Below are positions 1 through 15,300 of a DNA stretch of 64,000 nucleotides, piece after piece (within the stretch, counting starts at the first letter, position 1; every line of letters starts with the position of its first letter). The notes under the pieces were generated by a model that was not told the DNA's origin, made no database searches, and saw nothing but the letters and a program-made list of their open reading frames with translations. A program made the translations under genes and the position numbers. Origin of the DNA: Eledone cirrhosa (Eukaryota); NCBI GenBank assembly GCA_964016885.1, contig OZ024750.1:3720001-3784000 (forward strand), written 5' to 3'.

Positions 1-256
1 ATCAAGCTCTTTTGAAAATTATATTATTTATACGGCTTAATACAGCCATCATTGTTTTTACATTTGTTCTTTCTATCCTCATGGGTTGGACAAGGCTTTG
101 TTTGGAGAGCAGCTTCTTTACAGCCAGATACATCCCCACCCAAGCCCATCCCCGATGCCAGTGGGTCTTTAACTAAAACCTAGAATGTACAATGTTGCTT
201 GAAGAAAGCATTTTATCAAGGGGAATTATTTTAGTAAAAAAAGAGATGATATTTAC

Positions 257-353
257 ATGGCCATCTAACTCAGTGAGCAAAATATTTAGTTGGTTGGACA
301 AAGAATTGAATGCTTCAGTATCACAGGGTTTGTTCATATCCATCGCAAGGCAA
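257..353 (-). CDS. SWT1: SWT1 exon 20 (donor at 256, or read-through to TAG at 173-175)
   Basis: CLAMDMNKPCDTEAFNSLSNQLNILLTELDGH; ttctag acceptor in phase 2; candidate donor gtaaat. Confidence 0.65.
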
Positions 354-3300
354 CTAGAAATTATTAAAAAAATTTAACTCAGTATTATTATGTCTATCAT
401 TGTAAACGAATAGAAACATTGAATATATTTTAGATATACTGTTAAGAAAAACAAAACCAGAGAAATTTAGCAAGTAGTCTATATAAACTAATTATGGAAA
501 AGTTAAAATACAATTACGTTATTTAGAAGTGTACAAGGACCCATACAATATAATAAACATATACAACAACTGGAGAGAAATGAAGCAAGCATGCTCTGTT
601 GAATGTGCAATTTCAATGTACGCGAACAACCAAGCATGGATGAGTTTAGAGAGAAACTGGGTATAAGAGGGATAAGTTGTGGTGTGCAGGAGAGAAGACG
701 GAGATGGTATGGACATGTGATGCACATGGAGGATGACGGCTGGGTAAAGAAGTGCCCAGAAATGCCAGTAGAAGGAAGACCACAAAAATAATGGACGGAG
801 GTGGTGAGAGCTGACCTCAGATTGCTGAAGCTCACGGAGGAGATGACGAAGGACCGTGACAAGTGGAGAGATGCTGTGCTGAATAGGACCCGTCCCACCC
901 TTGCAAGCAGGGAAAAGCGGAAAATGATGAATGAATGAATGAATGAATGATACAGGGTGTCCAAAAAAATGTATACACACTTTGATTACCTGTACAAGCA
1001 ATATTTATTAGAATGCTGTTGAAGTGTGTATACATTTTGGGGGGGAAACCCTGTATATAGTCTCGCTGTGAGTACATCACAGCTACCTCAATAACGGGTG
1101 TAAGAGTGCTGCTGTATACATGTATTTCAGTATTATTATCCATCTTCAGCAAATGCTTACTTTATTGTATATATAGGTCCATATACACCTTTATTCTGAA
1201 TCCCACTGTGTTAGTACCATCACTAATTACAACAATTCTATATCAATTAGAATTTAAAAACAACAAGATAATTACCGTGAAAAATTGATGTAAGTTGACT
1301 CCAAAACAGGAATAGAATGATGAAGGGTTGTTAAGATTTGTTGACAAACTTCAGCGGATGGATCTCTTTGAATAGCCTGCTCCACTCCTTGGCTAAATTA
1401 CATAATATATAATAGGAGAAACATTAAAAGATTAAAAGTCTTGGAGCATGAATATCAGACTAGGCAAAAATGAGAATTTAATGAGAATTTAACAAAAATA
1501 ACTACACTATTTCTAGATCCTAAGTCTTTTACATCAATCATCATCATTTTACATCCGCTTTTCCCTGCTTGTAAGGGTGGGACGGGTCCTATTCAGCACA
1601 GCACCTCTCCACTTGTCACGGTCCTTCGTCACCTCCTCCGTAAGTTTCAGTGATCTGAGGTCTGCTCTCACCACCTCCACCCATGTTTTTTGTGACACTG
1701 TATATATGAAATTCTTTCATGTACATAAATATCCTATTGCAGTTTTGTGGTGCCACAATAAAATGCATGCAGTCCACACTATAAAAAGAGATAGAGCTGG
1801 TGTCACAATAAAATGCACCCAGCCCTCTCTGCAAAGTGGTAGTGCTGGTGCCATGATAAAATGCACCCAGCCCATACCGAATGGAGAGTGAGGACAATCA
1901 TGGTTTTTAAAATTTAGTTTGTATTACTATTAGTATTACTAATACAGTAATACAATTTATATAAGCAAAATGATGTCGAACTTATATAAGAGTTTCTGAG
2001 AAAACAATGAAATAATTTTTAATAAATCTATGAAGAAATGTACAAAGATTTTTTTTTTTTCAAAATGTCCTTGTAAAACCAGGAGCTGTCTTATACGAAG
2101 GGGCGTCCAATAGGCCAGCAAATATGATCATTTTTACTGAGAAAAACAAAGAGACATAACTTACCAGTAGTGGTTGAGAAGTTCCCATATTTTCTGAAAT
2201 CTGTTGAGTGCTATACATTCATTAAATATAACAGGGTCAGATTTATTTTCAGATTCGTAATCCACCTAATAATAAATCAGGGAATAATTATTAATCATCA
2301 GTGGTATGTATTTATTGTTAGTTATACTGCCTCATCATCGTTTTAATGTCCACTTTCCCTGCTAGTAAGGGTTGGATGGGTCTACATAGACCAAGTCAGT
2401 ATTGAAGTGGTGGCTACTGATCTCCCAGACAAACCAGGGATGTATCATCTTGCTTATGTATGGTCTCATGTTCTACCAATTGCACAGAGAAGGTTGTCCT
2501 GTCTTTGACATAACTACGGGTTCTCGCAACCCCTTTGTTTGGTAAGGTTTCTATGGCTGGATGCCCTTCCTATCACCAACCACTTTACAGTTTGTTTTTT
2601 TTTAAAAAGCAACAACCATTTGATAAACATAATATCCAATAACTTACCTTTTCCTCAGTATTTCTTGTTAAGTATTCATCAATACTTTTAACTTTAGTTA
2701 TATCTACTGTTTTAGAAATAATCTCCACACAAATCCTCTCCAATATATTTAAGACTTTTAAATTCTGACCAATATCTTCCTGATAGCTTTAAATAAATCA
2801 AATGGACAAATTAAAAGTTTAATAACATAGAGAATGATTTTATTTTTTTCAACATTCATAATCATCATCATCGTTTAACGTCTATCTTCCATGCTAGCAT
2901 GGGTTAACATAATTAACTAGCATAATTAACAAAGAACCAAAAAGATGGGTGGATGGGTTAATAAATCATTAAAAAGTAAGAAAATAAAGAAAGAAATAAA
3001 ACAAACTTACGGAGAAGACTTAGCAGCTAATGGTTTCATCACATAACAAGCATCGCGTATAAGTGAAAGGACTTGATCAGTCTTTTTAACAGGATCTACA
3101 ATAGAGGGCAACCCCCCAAAAATATAACACAAATATAATTCTTGGGAAATTTGAAGAGTGAACTGCATAAAAAAATATATAACTAGAAGTGGTATCTAGT
3201 GTTGCCCAGGTGCTAAATAGGTAAAAAATGTCTTGTTTTTCTTTGTTTAGTTTACGTTACTTATAGTTTTTATCAAGTTCTTTACATACACACTGATTAA

Positions 3301-6300
3301 CAAACATATACATAGTCTTGGTGACACACAGACATACATACACATGTTCACAATATATATACACACACACATAAAGAAAGACTTGTATGTGTATATATGA
3401 ATTCATGAGCCTCTAAATGCATATATTTATATACATGTACTCCAAAAAGAAGTAAGTTTGTAAGTACAGAGAGAGAGACATGTAAATCTCTATCTATGCA
3501 ACTATATGTGTATGTGTAACAGCACAAGACATAGAAGGAAAGGGAGAATTGGACAGATTTTATGGGCAAAACCAACTGGCAGGAGACCCAGGGGTAGACC
3601 CTGAGCAAGATGGTTGGATAACATACTTAACCTCGACTGGTCTCTCTTGGGGATCCAGCCGGATCAATTGGAGATGGTTGCTTCTGACAGGACCCTATTG
3701 AAGGAGTATTTGAGGACTCTGCCCCCACAACCCTCTCAGGAATAAGTGGGCAAAAAAGAAGAAGGCCTTAGATATTTGTATCAAATTTTGTGAAGATTCA
3801 TCAAGAAATAGCAACATTGTTTTAACATTTACAAATTTTCAAGCTTATTATCTAGTTTTCTGATTAATTAAAACCTACCTTTATCTGAAGAAAAATAGTC
3901 ATACAGTGATATATATATTGCTTCCATGCTTTTCGTATTCCCATCATACATCATTCCAAATACAGCAATCCAATGCCTAAATAAATAAGATTTTAAAATA
4001 GTTACTTTTACATTGAATCAATCGTAATCATGAAGTGTTGAGCAAATTTTGAATATTTAATGTTTGTTTGCTTAAAATAAGCTGCCTCAACAAGTTTGAG
4101 TTCCACGGGTAATACTATTCACTTTTTGTTTCTAGGAGTTATATGCCCAATTTGTCAAAAAACTGCCCTCAACCAGCTAATTTTAAACACACCCAAAACC
4201 TGCCCTTAACTCGCTAATTTTAAACATACACCCAAAACCTGCCCTTAACTCGCTAATTTTAAACATACACCCAAAACCTGCCCTCAACCAGCTAATTTTA
4301 AACATACACCCAAAACCTGCCCTCAACCAGCTAATTTTAAACACACCCAAAACCTGCCCTTAACTCGCTAATTTTAAACATACACCCAAAACCTGCCCTT
4401 AAGCAGCTTACTTTAAACATACATTCAAAATTTAAAATTTTCTCAACATTTCGTCAATATGATTAATTCAATGTTTACATCCATTGGCTGATAATTAAGG
4501 TTTAAAAATGATGGTTAAGTGGCCAATCTTGCTTTGATGTAATGGTAGCAAGTCATTTGGCATACAGCAAGAGTGAGTTCAAGACCCACAGGTGACACTG
4601 TCCACTTTTTCAATATAGTCAATAAACCTACATTGAAGCAGCTTGCTTTAAGCTATGTATGTATGTATGGACCCGTAACTCCTGAGGAAGTTGTGGGGAT
4701 GCCATATTGGCATACAGCATTTCTAGGGCATTTAAAAAAAAAAAACTGGCACAGCCCATCTCTTCTCCAGGTCTGAATACAGCAGATTTTTTCCATAGAA
4801 GGATAGAAAGGGAGAGGAAGTGAGAAAGAGATATAGAGGAAGAATCGACCAAAATTCATAGTTATTTTTGTTTAAGACAGCTATATATTTTGATATATAT
4901 ATTGATATTTTCATTTTTAACATCTAATTGAAAAGGCACACTCGCCAATCTTGTTTCTTAATAGTTGTATTCCTCTGAAATTCTCTTCTTACATTCCTTT
5001 TTGTTTCCTTTTTTCAACTACAAGTATAGAACAACAAACCATCAACACCATATATACAAACCTCACCCAATTATTGCTACACACACAAGAGATTTAATAA
5101 AGGTCATACACCCAGCATTAATTGGAAATAAAAGAAGCTACCTTTCATCCATTCGAGGTCGATAAAAAAAGTACCAGTCTAGTACTGGGGTCGATTCTTC
5201 CTCTATATCTCTTTCTCACTTCCATTCTCTCTCTCTCCCACTTTCTATCCTTCTCTGTACTCAGACCTGGAGGAGAGATGGGCTCCACCAGGTTTTAAAA
5301 AATGCCCTAGATACGCTCTATGTCAATGCAATGCCCTTATGACTCCCTTAGCAATTACAGGTATGTACATACATATGAATATACGTACATACATATGAAT
5401 ATACGTACATATCTACGTACACATATTCGTACATACATACGTACATATATATATACATAGGCTGACTTTGGTAAATCCATGAGAGTACCTTAAGCTGACC
5501 CTCGTAAGTTTAGCCAGCCTCCCATGAAGTTCTGTCTCTTAGGAAGTTACTTGGGATATCTTTTTTTTAATGACATCGGCCCTAATCCAACCATTACAAG
5601 TATACAAGTATATTATAAAGAAAAATCAATATTTCGACACCAAACAAAAACCTAAACAAAATAATAAATAATATGTTGTTTTAAATAAGCAATATAAAAA
5701 AAATAGATCATGAGATAAATACTTACTTTTTAATACAAAATAAAACATCTCTTAGATCCCAAGGTGGTTTTCGTATAATTATATCCAACCTGGAGAAATA
5801 TAAGCACTGAATCACAATTTGTATCTCTAAAGGGTTAAATGGATAAATAATTGTTGATGTTGTTGCTGACAAAAAGCCCCCAACCCATCCTGTAAAGTAG
5901 TCGTGTTGGCGACACAACAAAAAGCACTTGGTCCAGCCTGTAAGGTGGCCATGTTGGTAACTCAACAAAAATCATCCAGTCCATCCTGTAAGATGGTCAT
6001 GCTGGTGACACAATGAAAAGGTACCTAGTCCAACCTGTCAGTTAGTCATTTCGGTGCCCCAATAAGAAGCACTTAGTCCACCCTGTAAATGCGGTTGGCA
6101 TTAGGAAGGGTATCCAGCAGTAGAAACTAAGCCAGAAACAGTTCTGCATAAACAAGACAAGGTCACCTGATCTAACTTGTCTAACAATGTCAGGACAACT
6201 CGTCTAACCCATACTAAAGTGTGGAAAATGAATGTTAATGATGATGATATATAAAAATCTACAGGAAAAGTTCTGCTTAAATTAGACTGAATCAAGGAAT

Positions 6301-9300
6301 GTCTGAAATATTGGTAGGAACTTGATTCAGTCTAATTTAAGCAGAACTTTTCCTGTAGATTTTTATATATCATCATCATCATTAACATTCATTTTCCACA
6401 CTTTAGTACGAGTTAGACAAGTTGTCCAGTGGTCAACAGAGAGATTTCTCATATTTATATATATTCAAATACACTCTTGCGTCATCTCAATCAGAGACAA
6501 CATAGTTTTTTCATTTAAATGAATAAATTTTGGAATGCTGCTCTTCCCCCCCAGATCCAACCGTTAAAAAATGTTATATAATGTTCGGAGAACATTTAAA
6601 ATTTTGTACATGTTTTTGTATTTTAATGAACAACTGTCATGAAGCAAACTTTAGAAAAATCTAGAACCCAAAAGACTCACCAAATCTCATCATATGCTAG
6701 CTTCATCTCAGTCTCAAATACTTTGGTAAGTAGTTTTTCTAATATGTCTTTCAATTTGCTAAAAATCTGAGTGGCCTGAAAATAGAGACAAGCACCTCTT
6801 AAGTATTATTATTATTATTATCATCATTATTATTATTATTATATATTTCACAAAATTTAAAAACCTTTAAGAAGAAATTGTATTCTCTGAGTACCTGTCC
6901 ATAGTTAAATGTTGGCAGGTAAAATTTCCAATATATTTGTTAATTATTATAAGATAATATTGCAAAGTTAAGACAAGAAAATATATTTAAATAAAACAAA
7001 GGGGAAAAAAGAAAAAGAAAATGGTTTAAAACTTCCAAATGGAATTTTGTATTATCTGGCATGTCTACATATTAGATGTGTATATTTATATATACATTGG
7101 TGCAGTCTCGGTTACACACTCTGTATTTATACAGATATAACTTTATCATACACTCTGGCTGTTGCCACACTTTATAAATATATTGTATATCCTTTCATTA
7201 TATACACGCTATGCTAGTGCCAGTTCTACTAAACACACAAATTATTCTGCCGATCCAATGTCCTTCATCAACAACAGACATTCCTAGCAAGCTAAAGAAT
7301 CAACAGAAATATATTTCCACTTACAAATATACTTTCACGACTTTTATTGCTCATAAAAATATCAGGAGGTCTGTCAGAAAGTTTTTTGTCAACAACTGGT
7401 AGATTCGTAGAATTATCTAGAATAAAGAAGAAAAATAAAGAGAAATTTACATTTGTTTTGTTTTTTGTTGTTGCTGTTGTTTTTATGTTATACAATTGGA
7501 AGAAGAATTTTTAAAAAATCTCTCCAGAAATCTTTCAATTGAGAAATTGAAGTGTGACAATAGCTATGTGGTGAGCATGTCTAAGGGAAAGAATCACTGG
7601 ACAGATTTTACAGTGGGTAAAACTAACCAGGGCTAGACCCAGAGCAAGATAGTTGGTTAACATCCATGAGCTTGGATGGCCGTGTTTGGAGATCCAGCCG
7701 GATCAATTGGAGATGGTTGCTTCTGACATGATCTGCTGGAAGGAGTGTTTGAGGATTCTTCTCCCAGGAGAAGAAGGGGAAGAGAATGGCTCAGTATATA
7801 AGGTACCAACCATTATGTCAACTCTTCAACAACAATTCCATCAACAAAAGCAACAACAACAAAAATAAAGCAATAACAACAACAAATTCTTCAAGAAAAG
7901 CAATAACAATCCCAATAACAACAACAGCAATAACAGCAACAGCAATAACAACAACAGCAATAACAACAACAGCAATAACAACATAAAATTAACTTCATAT
8001 AAAATGTAATTACTTACTAAGGTTGAAATCTATTTCTGATTTTCCTGAGAGTTCTTTAAGACCGTATTCTATAGACTGACAATGGAGAGAATATAACATG
8101 GTCAACTCAAAGGAATACAGAGAAAAAACAATAGAAATTAAGAAACTTGCAATATATAAAATTAAGCACAAGAGGAATGCAATAGTTGGATGGATTGGCT
8201 GGTATTATGTGAACCAATAGCTTTAATATTTTTAAAGTTTAGACGTATTTATAAGAAACATTATTTCAAGTGGATTATTTATATCTTGCCACTGCTCTCT
8301 CTCTGATCGGTCAACAAGATCCCTGACCTTATTTGCTTACCAAGTGTGGTGGACCTCGTCAAATTGGACCAAGGAAACAATATTTCCATTGGTCTTTCCA
8401 TTGCTGATACTATCTATCGGTTGCAACTCCTGGCAGAAGGAGCAACGTGAAATAAAGTATCTTGCTCAAGGACAGAATGCATCACCTGGTCTGAGAATTG
8501 AACTCGCAACCTCACAATTGTGAATCCAACTCTCTAACCACTAAGCCAAGCACCTTCACAACAAAATAGCTGCATTGATTAAGCATAAGCTGATAGTACA
8601 GTACTTCATTCACTCAATCATTGATTAAACATAAGCTGATAGTACAGTACTTCATTCACTCAATCATTGATTAAACATAAGCTGATAGTACAGTACTTCA
8701 TTCACTCAATCATTGATTAAGCATAAGCTGATAGTACAGTACTTCATTCACTCAATCATTGATTAAACATAAGCTGATAGTACAGTACTTCATTCACTCA
8801 ATCATTGATTAAACATAAGCTGATAGTACAGTACTTCATTCACTCAATCATTGATTAAGCATAAGCTGATAGTACAGTACTTCATTCACTCAATCATTGA
8901 TTAAACATAAGCTGATAGTACAGTACTTCATTCACTCAATCATTGATTAAACATAAGCTGATAGTACAGTACTTCATTCACTCAATCATTGATTAAGCAT
9001 AAGCTGATAGTACAGTACTTCATTCACTCAATCATTGATTAAGCATAAGCTGATAGTACAGTACTTCATTCACTCAATCATTGATTAAGCATAAGCTGAT
9101 AGTACAGTACTTCATTCACTCAATCATTGATTAAGCATAAGCTGATAGTACAGTACTTCATTCACTCAATCATTTCAACTTTTAAATTGAAACAAAAAAA
9201 CAGGAAAGTTATTTCACGTTAAAGATGTTGTCAAGAATATCAAGACTTGGTCAACAATAACTATCTCAAAGACAATGATACACTTACCTGTTGGGTATAT

Positions 9301-12300
9301 GCATTTATATTGTTGATCATAGATTTATTGCAAAGGTTTTTATCATTGCTGAACAACACAACTGTGCAGTATGGATCTATGGAGTAAAGAAAGAAACTTC
9401 AAGTAACCAGTTAATATAAATTTCAAGGGATCAATCAATACTGGGGAAGTTAGAAGATGGTTCAAATTGAGCCTCATACAAATACATAGTAAAATAATCA
9501 AAGACATATATAGATTCTAAAAGTTAAATTAGTCTATAGCATTGTCTTTGAAAAGATGTCCCTCTGGAAAATTTCAGCTACTTAGTTACATACATGTTTG
9601 GTCCGCTAACCCCTGGGGGAGTCATAGGGCTGCTGTATTGATAGTTACATACATGTTTGGTCCGCTAACCCCTGGGGGAGTCATAGGGCTGCTGTATTGA
9701 TAGTTACATACATGTTTGGTCCGCTAACCCCTGGGGGAGTCATAGGGCTGCTGTATTGATAGTTACATACATACATATAGACAATATGCCCCCACTCCCC
9801 CCACCGCAAGGTGGTCGTGGAGGTGCCACGGCAAAAAAGCACCCAGCACTCACTGTAAATGAGGTTGGTGTTAGGAAGGGCATCCAGCTGTAGAAATCAA
9901 GCCAAATCAGTTCCTGTATGAGCAAGGCATGGTCAGCCAACCAGACACTGCCCACAACAGGACAACCCGTCTAACCCATGCTAGCGTGGAAGAACGGACG
10001 TAAAACGGTGATGATGATGATGATGATGATGTTTGGTCCGCTAACCCCTGGGGGAGTCATAGGGCTGCTGTATTGATATACTTAGGGAATTTTTAAACCA
10101 GACAGAGCTCATCACCTCTCCATCTCTGAACGCAGTAGATTTCTTCCAGAGAAGGATAGAGAGTGAGAGAACGGAAGTGAGAAAGAGATATAGAGGAAGA
10201 ATTAACCCCAGTACTTGACTGGTACTTTTTTTTATTGATCTCGAAAGGATGAGAGGCAAAGTTGACCTCAGCCCGACATTCTAACGACCACCAGCTGCTT
10301 AGTTACAGAACTGTAATTAATCTCCAACTTGGAACATACATAAGATACAGATAAAGTCATTTTTAATATAAGCACAAGGTGAGAAATTTTGGAGGAGGGG
10401 CTTATATTGACCCCAGTACTACACTGGTATTTTATTTTATCAACTTCGGAAGGATGAAAGACCTTGATGAGATGGATTTGAACTCAGAAAGTAGAGAACC
10501 AGAACAAATACCACAATAGCATTTTCTCAACATTCTAACAGCTCTGCCAATTCACCACTATTACATAAGACATAGTGCAGCCATGTGGCTTAGTGGTAAG
10601 GGTGTTGGACTTACAATCATAATGTCGTGAGTTCAATTCCTGGACTGAGTTACGTGTTGTGTTCTTGAGCAAAACACTTCATTTCACGTCGCTCCAGTAT
10701 AGTCAGCTGAAAACAAGTAGCAGCATTAGCTGAGGGTTTAACCCTGTGATGGACTGGCATGGAAGATATATACATGTCTGTATGTGCGTATGTATCACAC
10801 TTCATTTCATTATAATAAGGATGCAAGAAATCACAATCACAACTATATTTTAAAATCTTACATTTTTTCTGAAACTGCATACAACATTGTAAAATTTTGT
10901 CATCATTGTTTTCAACAATAAGTAATGGGTCCTGCTCTATGGCCTGTAACAAAATTATACAAAATCACTGACAAGTTCAATAAAAAAGAAATTTTTTAAA
11001 TCACTAGAATCAAATATTCTTTACTTCACACAATAAATGTAGTTGGGGTTAGGAAGGGCATCCAGCTGTAAAACTCCCGGCCAAATTTATAGTCCCGTAC
11101 TGTGTAGCCAATTCTGGCCAGACTTGTCTCTCAACGTGGACAACCCATCTAACCCATGGAAAATGGACATCAAATGGTGATGATGTTGAATGCCATTTTT
11201 AAAAACTGTTTTAAATACATTATTCAAGTTTAGAATGAGCAGGCTTTTTTTTTCTAATTCGAACAATATTGTTGAAATAAGTCTTTTATAATGAAACACC
11301 CTCCTTTCTTCTAACCACACAACCATGAAGAAGTCAATCTGATGGAAAGAATCACTGGACAGATTTTATGGGCAAAACCAACCAGCAGGAGACTCAGAGG
11401 TAGACCCCCCGCCAAGCAAGATGGTTGGATATCATCTACAAGCTCGGCTTGTGGATCCAGCCGGATCAGTTGGGGACAGTTGCTTCTGACAGGACCAGCT
11501 GGAAGGGGTGTTTGAGGACTCTATCCCCACGACCCTTTCAGGAATAAGTGGGAAGAAGGCGAAGAAGAAGAAAATAGAAGGCAAAGAAGACAGAAGAAGA
11601 CAAAGAAAGGGGAGTGGGGGAAGAGGAGGGGGCGACTAAGTGGAATATATAAAATAACATACTTCTCTTGAAGATTGGCCAATAATTTGAGGATGTTTGT
11701 GGTCAAAACAACTAAAAAGAAATGATATGGCTTTCTGTGCATGTTTGGCAGTGGTTGAGTTCTGTAAATAAAGCAAAAATATGAATAAATAAACAAGTGT
11801 AGCATGGGAGGGAGGGGGGGGGGGGGGCATTTAGATGTTTGTTGTGTTGTGGTATGAATTGGTCAGTGGTTCATTGTGACATGGCAGGAATGTTGTAGCT
11901 GTAAACCTTGGTGTCATGAATAAATGTATAAGTTGATCTGTTGTATATAAAGTGCTGTGCGAAATGTTGCAGTGAATGAACGATAAACAAGACCCACTAC
12001 GTTGGTGACCCTGGCAAATGGACAGCTTTCTGATGCATTTGCTAATGGAGCATGAAGCTTTCGGATAATGTAAGTAAACAACGGCAAAGATATGATTCAC
12101 CTTGCAACAGTTAGTGATCCCCGACTTACGAACACAGTCTGATTAACCTTAACCTTCTGGACGCTATAGGCACATTATGTCGCCATTAGAGTAATCTCCC
12201 CTTAATCCATAATGCAGTGTTAAGGGGAGCAATTCATAAAAGTTTCTAGCATGTTAAAGATTAACAACAAAACAGAAAACGAAATCTAACTTTCGAATAA

Positions 12301-15300
12301 GGAAACAGAATTTCTTTAACCCTTTAGTGTTTAAACCGACCATATCTGGCCAGAATTGTCTCACCTCTTTCTGTTCAAACTGGCCGCTTATACTTATGTT
12401 AAGATATTGTTCTCAAAATGAATAATATCAAAATCTCATAGATTCGATATTATATGAGATAAAGCTTTTACCATGAAAATATAAAAGTAAATATAGAATG
12501 TAAATGCTGTTGAGTCGTGATTAAAAGTGGCCTGTTTTATATAAATATTCAGTGGTAAAAAAACTAGTCTCCATTAGACACTCAATGATATAATTGAATG
12601 TCCGACAACAAAGACACTTACCATGCGAGCTTTCGATTTCAAGGCATCTAACTCTTGCATAACAACCCAAGGTACAACAATAAATATAGATCGTTCAACA
12701 TCTGAGAAAAAAAACATCAGATATGACTTAATTAAAGCAAACAAAGAAAATATTAAATGAAAGGATTTTATTATAAACTGGTGAAATGATAAAAACACCC
12801 AGTCCACACTGTAAAGTGGTTGTGTTGGTGACCTGATAAAAAGCAATCAATCTACACTGTAAAGTGGTTGTGTTGGTGACATGATAAAAACACCCAGTCC
12901 ACACTGTAAAGTGGTCGTGTTAGTGTCACAAATAAAAGCTGATTAAAAGTACATCAATACAATACAAAAATTATTCTATTACATTATATTAAGTAAAAGA
13001 AAATGGCTTTACCAGAATAAAAACCATCCCGGATTTTTTCTATCATAGCTAAACCAGACTTTGTGAGTAAGATATTGGTGTCAAGTATTATGTAAGCCAT
13101 CTAAATAAAAGAAAATAATTGAGTTAATCAACTTCTTGTTTATTAAGAATATCAATTAGTAATAAATGGGTTAATAAGTAAAAGGTTAAGTTTTAAAAGA
13201 GATTCAATCAATCAAAGTAATTTGCTAGTTCTTATTTAAATTATCCTGAAGAAATGAAAGACATTGCTGATGTAAATAGAAGTTGAATATAAAATAGTTT
13301 AGTATTGTAACAATATAAATACAAACAATTTGGTGCTAAAATAGTGACTGTTATTCCATAATAGAATCAGAATAGTTAAATACCTGTTTAGGGGATGAGT
13401 TGGTAAGTGTTGTAGAATCTTCAGAGATACTGCCTGTCAAATCACCCATTACCTAAAATGGTAAGAGAAAGACAACTGAAAGTCAGAGACTAAAAAAAAA
13501 AGAACTAATTTTGAATAGTAGTAAAACTTTTTCTTCTTCTTCGCCTACTTATTCCTGAGAGGTTCGTGGAGGCAGAGTCCTCAAATACTCCTTCTAGAGG
13601 GTCCTATCAGAAGCAAGTCTCCAATTGATTAGGCATGATCCTCAAGTGAGAATAGCCGACCTTATGGATGTTATGCAACCATCTTGCTCGGAGTCTACCT
13701 CTGGGTCTCCTGCCAGTTGGTTTTGCTCATAAAATCTGTCCAGCAATTCTTTCCTGAGACATTCTAACCACATGTTTGTAATATCGGAGCTGTGATCTCT
13801 CACTTCGGAGAAGTAGCGGCTCTACCTGGAGCAATTCTCTGATCTCCAAGCTATACACTCTATTGAGTAACGTTACTCCAAAGACCTTTCGGAGGAACCC
13901 CATTTCGGCTGCTTGTATTCGCGATCATATTGTTTCGGTCATTACCCAAGATTCATCACCATAGATAAGGGTTGGCACAAATACCGAATTGAAGATAGTG
14001 AGTTAAGATATGTTTTTGATTATATTTTAACCTTTAGCATGCTGAATTTTTTTATAAATTGCTTCCCTTGACACTACATTATATATTGAGGGGAGATTAC
14101 TCTATCGGCGACATAAGGTGCCTAGAGCGCCCAGAAGATTAAATATTATTTTTTTTTAAAAACACTTACTTCGTCTGATGGTTGACAAATTAGAATTTTT
14201 CGGACTTCTTCAATCTGAAAAAGAGAAATAACAATGAATAATAAATTCTTAAATAATTTTCTGAAATTAAAAAAAAAATCCTCTTCCCCTCATTAGAAAG
14301 GGCTTTGAATTAACCAGATTTGTGTTTATCAAAAGAAAGAGACTGCCAGTCTACATGATAAAAGTTTATATATCGACAGTCGATCAACAAGATCCTAGAC
14401 CTCATTCACTTAATGAGTGGGGTGGAGCTCATCGAATCGGACCGAGGAAACAATGTTTCCATTGGTCTTTCCAATTGCTAATACTATCTACTGGTTGTAA
14501 ATCAAGGAGCAACGTGAAATAAAGTGTCTTGCTCAAGGACATAACGCATCACCTAGTCCAGGAATCAATTGCAAATCTAATTCTCTAACCACTCAGCTAC
14601 ATGCCTTCAGTTTGTATATATATATATATGATGATAAAATCATGACAAGGTTACTATAGGATTCTTTATCTGACAAGAAAACCAAGAGAATGTGATAAAC
14701 AATGTATATTTCTACACAGCTTTAAAAATATACACAAATATAATTAATCCTTTTGATACCAAATTGCCAATAATTCTTCTTTGTCTTCTTCTTCACCCAC
14801 TTATCACTGAGCGAGTCGTGAGGGCAGAGTCCTCAAACATGCCTTCCAGTGGGTCCTGTCAGAAGCAACTGATCTAGCTGGATCTCTGAGCAAGACCAGC
14901 TGAGTTCATGGAAGTTATCCAACCATCTTGCTCGGGGTCTACCTCTGGGTTTGCTGCCAGTTGGTTTTGCCCGTAAAATCTGTCCAGCGATTCTTTCCTG
15001 ACACATTCTAGTAACATGCCCGTAATATCAGAGTTGTGATCTCTCAATATGGAGAAGTAGCGACTCTACCTGGAATGACTCTCTGATCTCCAAGCTACAC
15101 CCTCTGTCGAGTAACATTATTTCAAAAACCCTTTGAAGGAACCCCATTTTGACAACTTGTCTGGCCAGATATGGCCGGTTTAATTGCTAAAGAGTTAAGC
15201 TAATTCATTTCATTTACATTTTGAATGCCCTTGTCACCATTTCTTCTATTTTTTAAGGTTTAGTAAGGAGCGGAAGAACGGCTGGTGCCCATAACCCTTT

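Noticed and set aside
8573-9173. Regular arrays (46, 60 and 61 bp) that resemble CRISPR
   Set aside because: Units are contiguous with no unique spacers, there are no cas genes, and the context is a eukaryotic intron.
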